Positions 15,167 to 24,497 of a stretch of DNA of 32,000 nt are shown here, piece by piece; position 1 is the first letter of the stretch; every line of letters starts with the position of its first letter. A model generated the notes under the pieces. It had not been told where the DNA came from and ran no database searches. It saw only the letters and a program-made list of their open reading frames with translations. The stretch is from Okeania sp. Its GTDB lineage: Bacteria; Cyanobacteriota; Cyanobacteriia; Cyanobacteriales; Microcoleaceae. A program made the position numbers and the translations under genes. Location: positions 1 through 32,000 of the forward strand of contig NZ_JAYKGW010000104.1 of NCBI RefSeq assembly GCF_035285525.1, given 5' to 3'.

Positions 15167-18100
15167 ATGGCTGACGTTGCACTAAGAGACGCAAAAATTA
15201 TTGGTCAAGAAAACTTTGAATTATGGAGTCAAGGTTTTGATCCAAATGGTTATCTAGACGTATTGCCTCACCCAGATATAGTAGTTCCTTTTAAGAACCC
15301 TATTGAACAGTGGCAAAACAATCCAGAAGGAAGCGGTGGAGATTACTTTTCGAGCTGGGGTCCAGATGAGATATTAGATGTACAACTCTCAATGGAAGAG
15401 ATAGATGAATTAGAGATATCAGGTTTAGGGATTCTGAAGTCAGGAGATGGATTAGTTGATTGGTTGCCTCGTCTTAACCCTGATGACGGACTACCTGTTT
15501 TCGATGAAAATGGAGAACTTCTACCTAGCTTCACCCCTTATGAACTACTTAGAGGCTATCAGGGTACTTTTCCTGATGGTACAATTTCTGAGCCAATGAT
15601 TCCAGGGCCAACTTTAGTGGGTGAACCAGGGGACAAGTTACAACTTACTCTGACAAATAATTTAACAAAGGTAGAGGAAGCAGGAAATACTACAGCAAAT
15701 GTATCATCTAACCTACATACCCACGGTTATCATACATCTCCTCTCGGTCATGGTGATAATGTTCTACATTTACTAGATTCTGGAGAAACCTTTGAATATG
15801 ATATTCAGATTCCTATAGACCAAACTGCTGGTCTCAGTTGGTATCACCCTCATTTTCATGGATACACCAATACTCAACTAGCAGCAGGGTTAGTAGGTAT
15901 GCTGCAAGTTAACCCTAGATTTGATGAACCAGACCTAGATAAATGGAATCCAGCTTCGGAAAATTTCTATTTGATGAGCCTTAATACTTTTGGTCTTCAG
16001 CAAGTAGATAGACCAGGTTCACCAGACGACCCCCTCAACCAAAATCCTGATATTTCTTTGCCTGCGGGTACACCTATACAAATTGAAGGATTGACAGATA
16101 ATGGTTTGCCGATTTATGAACTATCGGATGCTGTATTTATAGGTTATAATGCTAAACCACTTCTCTATGACCCCGAACAACCTTTGGGTAGAAATGAAGA
16201 TGGTACAAATAATCCAAATTTATTTGAATATGGCGGTGGTGTTTTGCAGGCACCAGCAGAAAACGTTATTCATACTATTAATGGTCAATATAACCCGACA
16301 CTTGAGTTAAAAACAGGTGAGTTACAAACATTTTCACTTTTGAATGCAGATGTTAATTCTCACCATATTCTTCAGTTATATAAAGAAGAAATCGGTCCTG
16401 ATGGGGAAATAATTCTCGAACTCCAAGATATGACTTATGTCGGTCTTGATGGTGACTCTTTCCCTGGTCGCGCGACAGAAGAAATTCGTAGAACTTTGGA
16501 AGACTCACCAATTTTCCAACCAGGACAACGGATCACTATAGATCATTCTTTTACAGAACCTGGTACATATTATTTGTTATCTAATGGTACGCCAGAAATT
16601 GTTGGTGAAGATAGTCCAGAGTTAATTCAGACAATGACCAATAAATTGGCAGAAGGTCAGGAAGCTCAGGGATTTGATGACGGTCACTATACTTGGGGAC
16701 CCCAGGTTTTGATGACTTTTGATGTGACGGGTGCAGAAACTGCTGCGGCTCCGATTCCAGAAGCTTATGATAGCCTCACAGAAACAGTTAATGCAGTGAT
16801 AGATAGAATAAATGCAGCAGAGAATGGTGTTGGTGTTGACCGAGAACGTACATATATTTGGAGTGCAAATATTGGTGGAGCGATCGCTGAAGGTAATAAT
16901 CCTGATGACTTAGAAGTAAAGACATTCGAGGGAACTTACAAAATTAATGGTGGGTATTTTGCTGGAGAGAATGAGACTCCACTAGCGATGCCAATGTTAG
17001 GTACAGCAGAAATATGGAATGTATTTAACATCTCTGGTTTCAACGAAAACAACTTTCCTGAAGGGGTTCCAGATATTCCCCTTTTAGAATGGCATCCATT
17101 CCACATTCACCAAAATCCTTTTACAGTTTTAGATATCAACGGTCAGCGACTGGCAGATTTAGATAATACCTATCTACCATATATAGAGGGTGATACTATT
17201 GCTCTACCTCCGAGTCATCAGGAGGGTACAGTCACAGAAACTAACCCTTATGGTGTAGCAGAAGTTGCTGGTAACGCTTCCCTAGTCAGAATGTATATGG
17301 AGTTCAATGACTATGACGGTAGTTTTGTTAACCATTGTCATATTCTGTTCCACGAAGATGCTGGTATGATGGCAGTTGTGCGGGTGATTCTGAATACAGA
17401 TGATACTTGGTTAGGGTTAAGCAATGAAGAGGGAGATGCTAATGGTACAAGTATAGAACTACTCCGGGGTAGCGGTGTCACAAGACCTAGTTTGAATTTG
17501 AGACCTTTTGGTTCCGATTTTACAGGTGGGGTAGATATTGATATTAATGATGTCAACTTTTTGCTACCGTTTGCAGGCAATAATGTTAGCGATAATACCA
17601 CAGATGTTGTGGCGATGGAAATTGAAGGGGAGCATACAGTTAGAGTATTTGATGGTAGGTCATTATTTAATCTGCAAGCACAGGGGATAACAGATGTTGA
17701 TGGTAATGATACTAGCTTACAAATTGTTGAATTTAATCCTTTCCAAGGAGTAAATGGTATTGCAGGGGAAAAAGCTTCTGTTGCTACTGGGGATATTACT
17801 GGCAATGGTTTTGCTGACATCGTTACGGGTATAGTTACAGAAAATGGGGTATTGATTGAGATTTATGATGGTGAAAATTTTGGGCTGCTTACCAGTATAG
17901 TTGTTGATGGATTAATCTCTGATATAGATGGTTTAGAGAATAATCTCAATGTAACTGTGGGAGATGCTGCTGGAGATAACTTTGAGGATATCTATATTGC
18001 TAATCATGGTAAGTTAACGATTTTGAGCGGTATTGATATTGAGAACAAGATTGCAGCAGGTGAAGACATTCAGGCAAGTCATGTAGCAGCGTTAGATGAG

Positions 18101-19222
18101 CCTATTAGTCCCTATGGAGAAAATTACACCGGGGAGATTGAGATTACCTCTGGTTATGTACTCCAGCGACCTGAACCAGAAGATGATAATCCTCCTACTG
18201 AAGATTTTTATCTCCGTGAAGAGGCTTTTGGTACTACTGTTCAAGGTAATAATGCTAATATTACTACATTGGCTGTTGATACGGAACAGTTGGCAGAAGG
18301 TGATGAGCAAGTCAAGATTTGGACTTACCTTGGAGGAGGACACCACGGACATGGAGGAGAGGATGCCGCTAGCGATAGCACACATACTAATCATAACCTA
18401 GAAGCCAGTCAAGTAGAGAGTAATGATGAAGGGACACAAGCAGAGTCTAATCTGCCAGTTCGTCTAGATGCTGCATTTACCCCTGAAAGTGCAATTACCA
18501 ATATATCTGGTACTTTTGCTGACGTTCCTGGAAATCAACGAGGGGAACCTGTTTTATTTGTTCAAAATGCAGAAGGAACTCGTGAGATATTTCAAATCCG
18601 GGGTGGAAATCTCTTGGGTGAAAATACAATCGGTACCACAGGAGATGATAGTATTGATGGAGGTAATAATGGGGACAATATCTACGGACTGGAAGGAGAT
18701 GATGTCCTTAATGGTAATTTGGGGAACGATTTATTACACGGTTTTCAAGGTGATGATTCTCTCAATGGTGGTGCAGGAAACGATTCTTTCCGTGGTGGAA
18801 AAGGTGACGATATTCTGACTGGAGGAGAAGGAGCAGATATTCTCAATGGGGAACAAGGAGATGATACCCTGACAGGTGGAGCGGGTACGGATTTATTTGT
18901 TTTCGATACCGATCTGGTATTCGATACAAGTACATTAGGTGTTGATTCTATAACTGACTTTAATGAAGCAGAAGATTTAATCGAACTCGATGCTGTGACT
19001 TTCACCGCTTTTGATACAACAGAGAATATGCAAGCTAGTTTTGCTGTTGTCTCCAGTGAAAGTGATGCTGCTACATCAGAAGCATTTATTGTTTACGATG
19101 GTACAAGTGGTAATTTGTACTATAACGTTGATGGTACTGTTCCTGGTTTCGGTAGTGGCGGTCAGTTTGCAACATTAGAAGGTGCGCCAGCGTTAGCCGC
19201 TGAGAATTTGATTTTGGGTTAG
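15167..19222 (+). CDS. Leaderless three-domain multicopper oxidase (laccase-like) fused to FG-GAP/VCBS-like repeats, a His-rich linker and a C-terminal RTX (hemolysin-type Ca-binding) repeat/T1SS-type tail
   Basis: 1351 aa. All four Cu motifs are present: HTH (15716-15724), WYHPHFHG (from 15839), HPFHIH (from 17093) and HCHILFHEDAGM (from 17333). FG-GAP-like segments are ATGDITGNGFADIVTG and VGDAAGDNFEDIYIAN. A GGGHHGHGG stretch lies at 18332-18358. About nine GGxGxDxxx nonapeptides lie at about 18632-18895. The C-terminus reads DLIELD...LYYNVDG...GGQFATLEG. There is no N-terminal Sec or Tat signal. Confidence 0.85.
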   Translation: MADVALRDAKIIGQENFELWSQGFDPNGYLDVLPHPDIVVPFKNPIEQWQNNPEGSGGDYFSSWGPDEILDVQLSMEEIDELEISGLGILKSGDGLVDWLPRLNPDDGLPVFDENGELLPSFTPYELLRGYQGTFPDGTISEPMIPGPTLVGEPGDKLQLTLTNNLTKVEEAGNTTANVSSNLHTHGYHTSPLGHGDNVLHLLDSGETFEYDIQIPIDQTAGLSWYHPHFHGYTNTQLAAGLVGMLQVNPRFDEPDLDKWNPASENFYLMSLNTFGLQQVDRPGSPDDPLNQNPDISLPAGTPIQIEGLTDNGLPIYELSDAVFIGYNAKPLLYDPEQPLGRNEDGTNNPNLFEYGGGVLQAPAENVIHTINGQYNPTLELKTGELQTFSLLNADVNSHHILQLYKEEIGPDGEIILELQDMTYVGLDGDSFPGRATEEIRRTLEDSPIFQPGQRITIDHSFTEPGTYYLLSNGTPEIVGEDSPELIQTMTNKLAEGQEAQGFDDGHYTWGPQVLMTFDVTGAETAAAPIPEAYDSLTETVNAVIDRINAAENGVGVDRERTYIWSANIGGAIAEGNNPDDLEVKTFEGTYKINGGYFAGENETPLAMPMLGTAEIWNVFNISGFNENNFPEGVPDIPLLEWHPFHIHQNPFTVLDINGQRLADLDNTYLPYIEGDTIALPPSHQEGTVTETNPYGVAEVAGNASLVRMYMEFNDYDGSFVNHCHILFHEDAGMMAVVRVILNTDDTWLGLSNEEGDANGTSIELLRGSGVTRPSLNLRPFGSDFTGGVDIDINDVNFLLPFAGNNVSDNTTDVVAMEIEGEHTVRVFDGRSLFNLQAQGITDVDGNDTSLQIVEFNPFQGVNGIAGEKASVATGDITGNGFADIVTGIVTENGVLIEIYDGENFGLLTSIVVDGLISDIDGLENNLNVTVGDAAGDNFEDIYIANHGKLTILSGIDIENKIAAGEDIQASHVAALDEPISPYGENYTGEIEITSGYVLQRPEPEDDNPPTEDFYLREEAFGTTVQGNNANITTLAVDTEQLAEGDEQVKIWTYLGGGHHGHGGEDAASDSTHTNHNLEASQVESNDEGTQAESNLPVRLDAAFTPESAITNISGTFADVPGNQRGEPVLFVQNAEGTREIFQIRGGNLLGENTIGTTGDDSIDGGNNGDNIYGLEGDDVLNGNLGNDLLHGFQGDDSLNGGAGNDSFRGGKGDDILTGGEGADILNGEQGDDTLTGGAGTDLFVFDTDLVFDTSTLGVDSITDFNEAEDLIELDAVTFTAFDTTENMQASFAVVSSESDAATSEAFIVYDGTSGNLYYNVDGTVPGFGSGGQFATLEGAPALAAENLILG

Positions 19223-19224
19223 AC

Positions 19225-19326
19225 AGGACTTACGCAGATGAACCCAGAAACCCGGTACGAGGGTAGATTATTACTGCTCAAAACAACGATTTATCCTAGA
19301 AACCGGGTTTCGCGTGGGTAAGTCCT
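19225..19326 (-). mobile_element. About 102-bp-subfamily MITE starting 3 nt after the MCO-RTX stop codon
   Basis: AGGACTTACGCAGATGAACCCAGAAACCCGGT...AGAAACCGGGTTTCGCGTGGGTAAGTCCT. Confidence 0.8.
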
Positions 19327-19402
19327 ATTATAATTAGTCAAGGGTGGGAAATGGAGTGATGTTTCCCACTCTATTCAAATACAACTAATAATTTTCTCAA
19401 CT

Positions 19403-19696
19403 TTGAAATACATTATTTTTTCAGTTGCTTTATTAATGTTTTTATTTGCTGTTGCGCCTCCCGCAGCAGCATCTTTTTGTCGTAACTACAACGGTAATAA
19501 AATTTGTATTTTTAGCATTAAACGTAGTGCTAAAAACTATTGGGAATATCGAGCGGAAGTAAGTATTAATGGTGTGAAAAAGCCATTAGAAATTTATAAT
19601 TGTCGTACTCGACAAAAAATTCAAAAAAATGGCAATATTATTAAATTTACACCTAATGGCGCAGGTCAATTAATTTGTAATGTTCTGAATAAATAG
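19403..19696 (+). CDS. Small secreted Cys4 protein (hypothetical)
   Basis: 97-aa ORF with a TTG start. It has a signal-peptide-like N-terminus (MKYIIFSVALLMFLFAVAPPAAAS), and the mature part is Lys/Asn-rich with four Cys. No family recognised. Confidence 0.5.
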   Translation: MKYIIFSVALLMFLFAVAPPAAASFCRNYNGNKICIFSIKRSAKNYWEYRAEVSINGVKKPLEIYNCRTRQKIQKNGNIIKFTPNGAGQLICNVLNK

Positions 19697-19984
19697 GGTT
19701 TGTTGAAAAATTCTTTTTTAAGGAGTAGGAGAGCGGAGAAGTAAAAGAGCCGGAAAGTATTTTTTTTCTCAACTCCTAAAATGGTAACTTTTTTATTTTT
19801 CGGGAACCGTGCATTAATAACTGAAAACTAGGTAATTTGTCCAGACCGAAAAAGGCACTTACCTTTATCTATAAAGACTTTACTGAGAAGCAAGAGAGAA
19901 TTATATAACAGATAGTTGAAATATTCCACTTCTGTTTTGAAATTTTCAAGTTCCATATTTCAAAGTTAAATTTAACCTATAAAC

Positions 19985-20251
19985 CTAAAATTCTTGACAA
20001 TTTGCCTGTACAATTTTTCTAACTTCTCCAGGTTCTAATTTCATTAATTTCTGAGTTGCCTGAATTTGAGTGGGTTGATTTTCTAATTGTTGACGCTCAA
20101 TTAATTCCCATTCTTCTGCTGTTTTTGTGTAGCGCCTAGATGTAGCTCTATCCATATTTAAAGATGTAGCAACTTCATTCAGAGATTCCCACCCTGGTTG
20201 GTTCCGCATTCTATGTAAATAGCGAGTCATTATATCAATATCAATTTTCAT
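19985..20251 (-). CDS. Small hypothetical protein with a putative helix-turn-helix
   Basis: 88 aa with ATG at 20251. The HTH-like segment is SLNEVATSLNMDRATSRRY. It stands alone between AT-rich spacers. Confidence 0.45.
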   Translation of the reverse strand: MKIDIDIMTRYLHRMRNQPGWESLNEVATSLNMDRATSRRYTKTAEEWELIERQQLENQPTQIQATQKLMKLEPGEVRKIVQANCQEF

Positions 20252-20436
20252 AGTTTATTTTTCTAGTTATTTTCTACAATTAAAATTATACTAAATTCAG
20301 CCATAGAAGTTACACCAAATTTGAAACTAAAATTGGTGAACTATACAAAACTTAATCTTATTGTTATAGTAGTATTAATTTCCAGGTCATCTTGGAAAAA
20401 TAATGACTGCTGGAAAACTTTAACCCACTAATTTTT

Positions 20437-20640
20437 ATGAGTAATTTATCTTCATCAGCGGAAAACTCTGAACCAAAACAGACAGAAACCAATATTTCTA
20501 AAACCGAACCAAAACCCAGTTATGTCAAACTAGCCATGAGAAATATGGTGAGAAAAGGTGGTACATCTATCAAACATTTTGCCTTAACAGCTATTACACT
20601 AATAAGTATCTTAGTTGCTCTTGCCTACCTAACCCGTTAA
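20437..20640 (+). CDS. Small C-terminally anchored membrane protein (cyanobacterial DUF3285-like, from memory)
   Basis: 67 aa with a polar N-terminus and a single C-terminal TM helix (FALTAITLISILVALAYL). It lies directly upstream of ybeY. Confidence 0.55.
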   Translation: MSNLSSSAENSEPKQTETNISKTEPKPSYVKLAMRNMVRKGGTSIKHFALTAITLISILVALAYLTR

Positions 20641-20715
20641 CAAAGTCAGAAATCAAAAGTTGTTTTTGTAATGGGGATTTAAGCCTCGCTCCAAAAACGT
20701 TCCCCCTAAAAAAGC

Positions 20716-20759
20716 AGAGTTTTAGACTCAATTATTTTAATAATTAAAACTCTATTTTA
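20716..20759 (+). terminator. AT-rich stem-loop plus U-rich tail between the small membrane-protein gene and ybeY
   Basis: AGAGTTTT...AAAACTCT (8 bp) encloses AATTATT-TT-AATAATT (7 bp) and is followed by ATTTTA. The stem is weak (no GC). Confidence 0.3.
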
Positions 20760-20781
20760 CAACGGAAAGGAGAATTTACGG

Positions 20782-21336
20782 TTGTATTTGATAGTAAACA
20801 TTCAGGATTGTTTTTGGTCGTCCTCTCTATTAGAAGTAGAAAAATTAAAACTTCCAGATCATAGGGACAGAAATTGTCCCATATCTTTGCAGACTTGGGA
20901 ATATTGGTTCCAGAAATGGCTAGAAATTATACAACCAGAGATTCCGCTGTGTCAAAACTACGAAATTAGTCTACGTCTGACAGATGACTCAGAAATCAAA
21001 ACCCTGAACAATCAATATCGTTACCAAAATCAGCCAACAGATGTTTTGGCCTTTCCTACTCTAGAAATAGATTGTCCTCAACCAGAAATAGATTCTGATT
21101 TACAACTATACCTAGGTGATATAGTAATTTCTATTGAGACAGCATCTCAGCAAGCCATCAAACAGGGGCATCCATTAACCACAGAATTAGCTTGGCTAGC
21201 TGTTCATGGCTTTTTACATCTTTTGGGATGGGATCACCCTGATGAAGAAAGTTGGCAAGAGATGGTCAAACAACAGTTATTTTTACTTCATGCTGTGGGA
21301 ATTACTATAGAAGAAGAAGTCATTATAGACAATTGA
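20782..21336 (+). CDS. ybeY: rRNA maturation endoribonuclease YbeY
   Basis: 184 aa. The TTG start has GGAG about 10 nt upstream. The zinc motif HGFLHLLGWDH is present, along with TDVLAFP and GDIVIS. Confidence 0.9.
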   Translation: MYLIVNIQDCFWSSSLLEVEKLKLPDHRDRNCPISLQTWEYWFQKWLEIIQPEIPLCQNYEISLRLTDDSEIKTLNNQYRYQNQPTDVLAFPTLEIDCPQPEIDSDLQLYLGDIVISIETASQQAIKQGHPLTTELAWLAVHGFLHLLGWDHPDEESWQEMVKQQLFLLHAVGITIEEEVIIDN

Positions 21337-21427
21337 TTAAGTTCATAAATCATGAATAATTATTCATATATCAATTATCCATTATTTATGAGTCTTGCAT
21401 AAAAAATTAAACTGAGGCGGATAGTTT

Positions 21428-21937
21428 ATGAAACTCAATGAGTCATCAATCTCCTACGATCAAGTTCCTTTCTTACATCAACCAAAAAATTCTGCTACTT
21501 TGAAACCAAATAATTCTCAACAGACATTAAAATTGAATAGGGAATTATCTTGGAAAGTAGCAAATAATATTTTTAATAGTTTCAAATATGCCTGGGCAGG
21601 ATTGTCTTATACTTTCCAAACTCAACGTAATTTTCGGATTCATACTTTTATAGGTACTCTTGCTATTAGTTTAAGTATTTTATTGAAGTTACAACCAATA
21701 GAAACTGTTGTGATTCTGTTAACAATTGGATTAGTATTGGCTATGGAATTATTGAATACTGCCATTGAGTCCCTGGTAGATTTAACTGTTAAACAGCATT
21801 ACCATGAATTAGCAAAAATTGCTAAAGATTGTGCGGCTGGAGCGGTTTTGGTTTCAGCAATAGTGGCATTACTTGTTGCTAGTTATTTGATTTTACCTCC
21901 TTTATTATATCTAGTTATTTCTGCTCTTGGCAGTTAA
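21428..21937 (+). CDS. dgkA: Diacylglycerol kinase / undecaprenol kinase family (DgkA)
   Basis: 169 aa. Prokaryotic DAGK motifs are present: FRIH, AMELLNTAIESLVD and AKDCAAGAVL. There are three TM segments. Confidence 0.85.
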   Translation: MKLNESSISYDQVPFLHQPKNSATLKPNNSQQTLKLNRELSWKVANNIFNSFKYAWAGLSYTFQTQRNFRIHTFIGTLAISLSILLKLQPIETVVILLTIGLVLAMELLNTAIESLVDLTVKQHYHELAKIAKDCAAGAVLVSAIVALLVASYLILPPLLYLVISALGS

Positions 21938-22408
21938 CAATTAAATTCTTTGTTATCCTTGACTAGAAAATATTTGATTTTCATAACAAATATTACTTTT
22001 ACTATAGCAATTCCCAATAGGTTGTCACAATTCAAAAACTAGAAAGAAGCTCCGAAACACCCACCTTTTCCTATTCCCTAAAAGTAACTAAATTTTTGAC
22101 ACGAATCAAATAGGATTGCTATAGAATTGTAAATATAAAACACTAAAAGATGGTATGATTTCAATTATCCATTATTAGTACCTTCGGTTAAGGCTAGAGA
22201 CGTAAGCATTTCCTGCGGAATGCTGGGCAAATAGCCGTTAGCTATTAGTTATTAACTCATCTTTTGAGGAGGAATGAGTTTTCAAGAAGTCAAGTATAAA
22301 TAATCAAGATAATCAGCTAATCTTCGTTGAAAAGCTGATAGCTGAATGCTTACCTGGAGACTGAAGATATTATTTGTGGTTAATTAGGGAATAAAGGAGT
22401 AAGATAAG

Positions 22409-22996
22409 TTGATTATAGTTATTGATAATTACGATAGTTTTACCTACAACCTAGTACAATATTTAGGTGAGTTGGGTGCAGAATTAAAAGTTGCAGCTAA
22501 TGTTAAAGTTTACCGGAATGATAAAATTTCTATAGCAGAAATTAGGGAGTTAAAACCTGATGGAGTTGTGATTTCTCCAGGTCCTGGTCGTCCAGAAAAT
22601 GCCGGAATTTCTCAAGCATTAATTCAAGAATTAGGTGATAATTTACCTATCTTAGGAGTGTGTCTTGGTCATCAAAGTATTGGTCAAGTATTTGGTGGAA
22701 AAATTGTGGCTGCTTCAGAATTAATGCACGGTAAAACTTCAGAGATTTATCATAATCAAGTAGGAATTTTTCAAGGATTAGATAATCCAATCATTGCAAC
22801 TAGATACCATAGTTTAGTGATTGAGAAGGAAAGTTTTCCTCAAGTATTAGAAATTACTGGATGGGTTGAGGATGGAACTATTATGGGTATTAGACATAGA
22901 AATTATCCTCATATTCAGGGGGTACAATTTCATCCCGAAAGTATTTTAACTAATTCTGGAAAGTTATTGTTGAGAAATTTTTTGGTAGAGCTTTGA
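22409..22996 (+). CDS. trpG: Anthranilate / aminodeoxychorismate synthase component II (class I glutamine amidotransferase)
   Basis: 195 aa. The TTG start has AAGGAG 9 nt upstream. Motifs are IIVIDNYDSFTYNLVQYLGELG, GVCLGHQ (catalytic Cys) and GVQFHPES. TrpG and PabA cannot be told apart from sequence alone. Confidence 0.88.
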   Translation: MIIVIDNYDSFTYNLVQYLGELGAELKVAANVKVYRNDKISIAEIRELKPDGVVISPGPGRPENAGISQALIQELGDNLPILGVCLGHQSIGQVFGGKIVAASELMHGKTSEIYHNQVGIFQGLDNPIIATRYHSLVIEKESFPQVLEITGWVEDGTIMGIRHRNYPHIQGVQFHPESILTNSGKLLLRNFLVEL

Positions 22997-23126
22997 AGTT
23001 AAATTATTACTTTATTTTTTTGATACAGGGGGTTCCATTTTTATTGAAGTATAACCAATCGCAGGCAAGATGCCCTATGAGATTTTTACCAAAGAATTAA
23101 TAATTAAATAATTAAATAACTCAGGT

Positions 23127-23223
23127 TTAAAGCCGACCCTTTCAAAAGTAAAAAAATAAATTTTTTCCTGTTATTCAATCCTATCTGTTTTTAGGGAGAG
23201 GTAATTATCAATTATCCATTATT
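23127..23223. repeat. Second copy of the AT-rich dispersed repeat seen at 1708-1775
   Basis: TTAAAGCCGACCCTTTCAAAAGTAAAAAAATAAATTTTTTCCT...GAGAGGTAATTATCAATTATCCATTAT. Confidence 0.55.
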
Positions 23224-23562
23224 GCATATTTACCTTGTATTTCATTTGCCAGAAATATTTTGTAAAACGATAAACTAAAGATTTCATTGATAACTGATAA
23301 CTGATTAAAACGCTCCCCAGTAAATTTGATTATTACTATTTTTAGTATCTGTAGAATCTGAAGATAAATTAACATCAACAATCTCCTGATTTGGAAAAGA
23401 TGTAATTCTTAATTCATCACTTATTGTTATAATATTTTATTGTCAGGAATTTGGAAACCAAACCAAAACTCAAGATGGGATTTGGAAACCAAATTCCTAC
23501 ATTTTTTTTGACAAATTATTCTATATTGTTATAGCGTCAAACTTATAGTCAAATAAATTAAG

Positions 23563-24354
23563 ATGAAACGACGAAAATTTATACATTATCTACAGACAAG
23601 TTTATTAGCTGTAACTGGAATAGGTTTAATCTCTAAAATTCACCCTTCTTATGCACAAACAGAAGAATCTTTAACTATTAAATGGTTAGGACATACTTGC
23701 TTTTTATTTGAAGGTGGAGGTACTAAAGTATTAGTAAATCCTTTTCGTCAAATAGGTTGTACTACCGGATATCGAGAACCAAAAGTAGATACAGATTTAA
23801 TATTGATTAGTAGTAGATTATTTGATGAAGGAGCGGTAGAAGGTTTTACAGGTAATCCCGGACCAATATTATTATATGAATCTGGAGTTTATCAGGTTAA
23901 TGGTAGCCAAATTCAAGGTATCCGCACCATAAAAGATAGAGAAGGTGGACGTAGATTTGGTACTAATGTTGCTTGGTTATGGCAACAGGCCGATATTAAG
24001 ATTTTACACTTAGGAGCATTAGCTAGTTCTATTGGTATAGAAGAGAAAATTTTAATGGTCCGTCCAGATGTCCTATTAATTCCTGTAGGTGGTGGCCCAA
24101 AAGCTTACACTCCTTTAGAAGCAAAACAGGTTTTGGAAGTGCTAAAACCGAGAATTATAATTCCGACTCACTACAAAACTGAAGCTGCTGATGAAAGTTG
24201 TGATATTGTTCCTTTAGAAGATTTTCTTTCTGTGATGGAGGGAACTCCAGTCAAAGTTGTAAATCAGGATACAATTTTTATTACCAAAGGTGATTTACCC
24301 CCAGAAGGCACATTAATAGAAGTTTTAAGTTATAAATTCGATCCGTTACAGTAG
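23563..24354 (+). CDS. Exported MBL-fold metal-dependent hydrolase with a Tat-like signal
   Basis: 263 aa. The twin-arginine N-terminus reads MKRRKFIHYLQTSLLAVTGIGLISKIHPSYAQ. The body is of the type WLGHTCFLF...IIPTHY. Confidence 0.7.
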   Translation: MKRRKFIHYLQTSLLAVTGIGLISKIHPSYAQTEESLTIKWLGHTCFLFEGGGTKVLVNPFRQIGCTTGYREPKVDTDLILISSRLFDEGAVEGFTGNPGPILLYESGVYQVNGSQIQGIRTIKDREGGRRFGTNVAWLWQQADIKILHLGALASSIGIEEKILMVRPDVLLIPVGGGPKAYTPLEAKQVLEVLKPRIIIPTHYKTEAADESCDIVPLEDFLSVMEGTPVKVVNQDTIFITKGDLPPEGTLIEVLSYKFDPLQ

Positions 24355-24396
24355 ATTTTAAGCATGAGAAGTACATATAAAAATAATTAAATCTAT

Positions 24397-24497
24397 AGGA
24401 CTTACACGGGAGGAACCCGGTTTTTAGGAGAAATGGTTGTTTTGAGCAATAGATGTCTATGAGAAACCGGGTTTCTGGGTTCATCTGCTTAAGTCCC
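24397..24497 (+). mobile_element. About 102-bp-subfamily MITE
   Basis: AGGACTTACACGGGAGGAACCCGGTTT...GAGAAACCGGGTTTCTGGGTTCATCTGCTTAAGTCCC. Confidence 0.8.

Noticed and set aside
17338-17820. 160-aa antisense ORF inside the MCO-RTX gene, plus others at 15343-15534, 18092-18394, 18096-18401, 18468-18818 and 18745-19005.
   Set aside because: They are embedded in a CDS with strong motif support on the plus strand. Their Ser/Pro/Leu-rich, low-complexity translations are typical of off-frame reading. No start context or known motifs.
15167-19222. A complete type I secretion operon or copper-handling operon around the MCO-RTX gene.
   Set aside because: No ABC transporter, membrane-fusion protein, TolC-like, CopZ/CopA-like or regulator genes occur within the window. 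The exporter, if any, must be encoded elsewhere.
21938-22408. 470-nt leader upstream of trpG/pabA with several short hairpins (e.g. AGCATTTCC-TGC-GGAATGCT near 22208-22232, AATAGC-CGTTA-GCTATT near 22232-22250), considered as a T-box, attenuator or riboswitch.
   Set aside because: There is no Trp-codon leader peptide, no terminator/antiterminator pair with a U-tract, and no conserved riboswitch core I recognise. Part of the region is dispersed repeat (CTATAGCAAT..CC / GGATTGCTATAG arms, AATTATCCATTAT motif).
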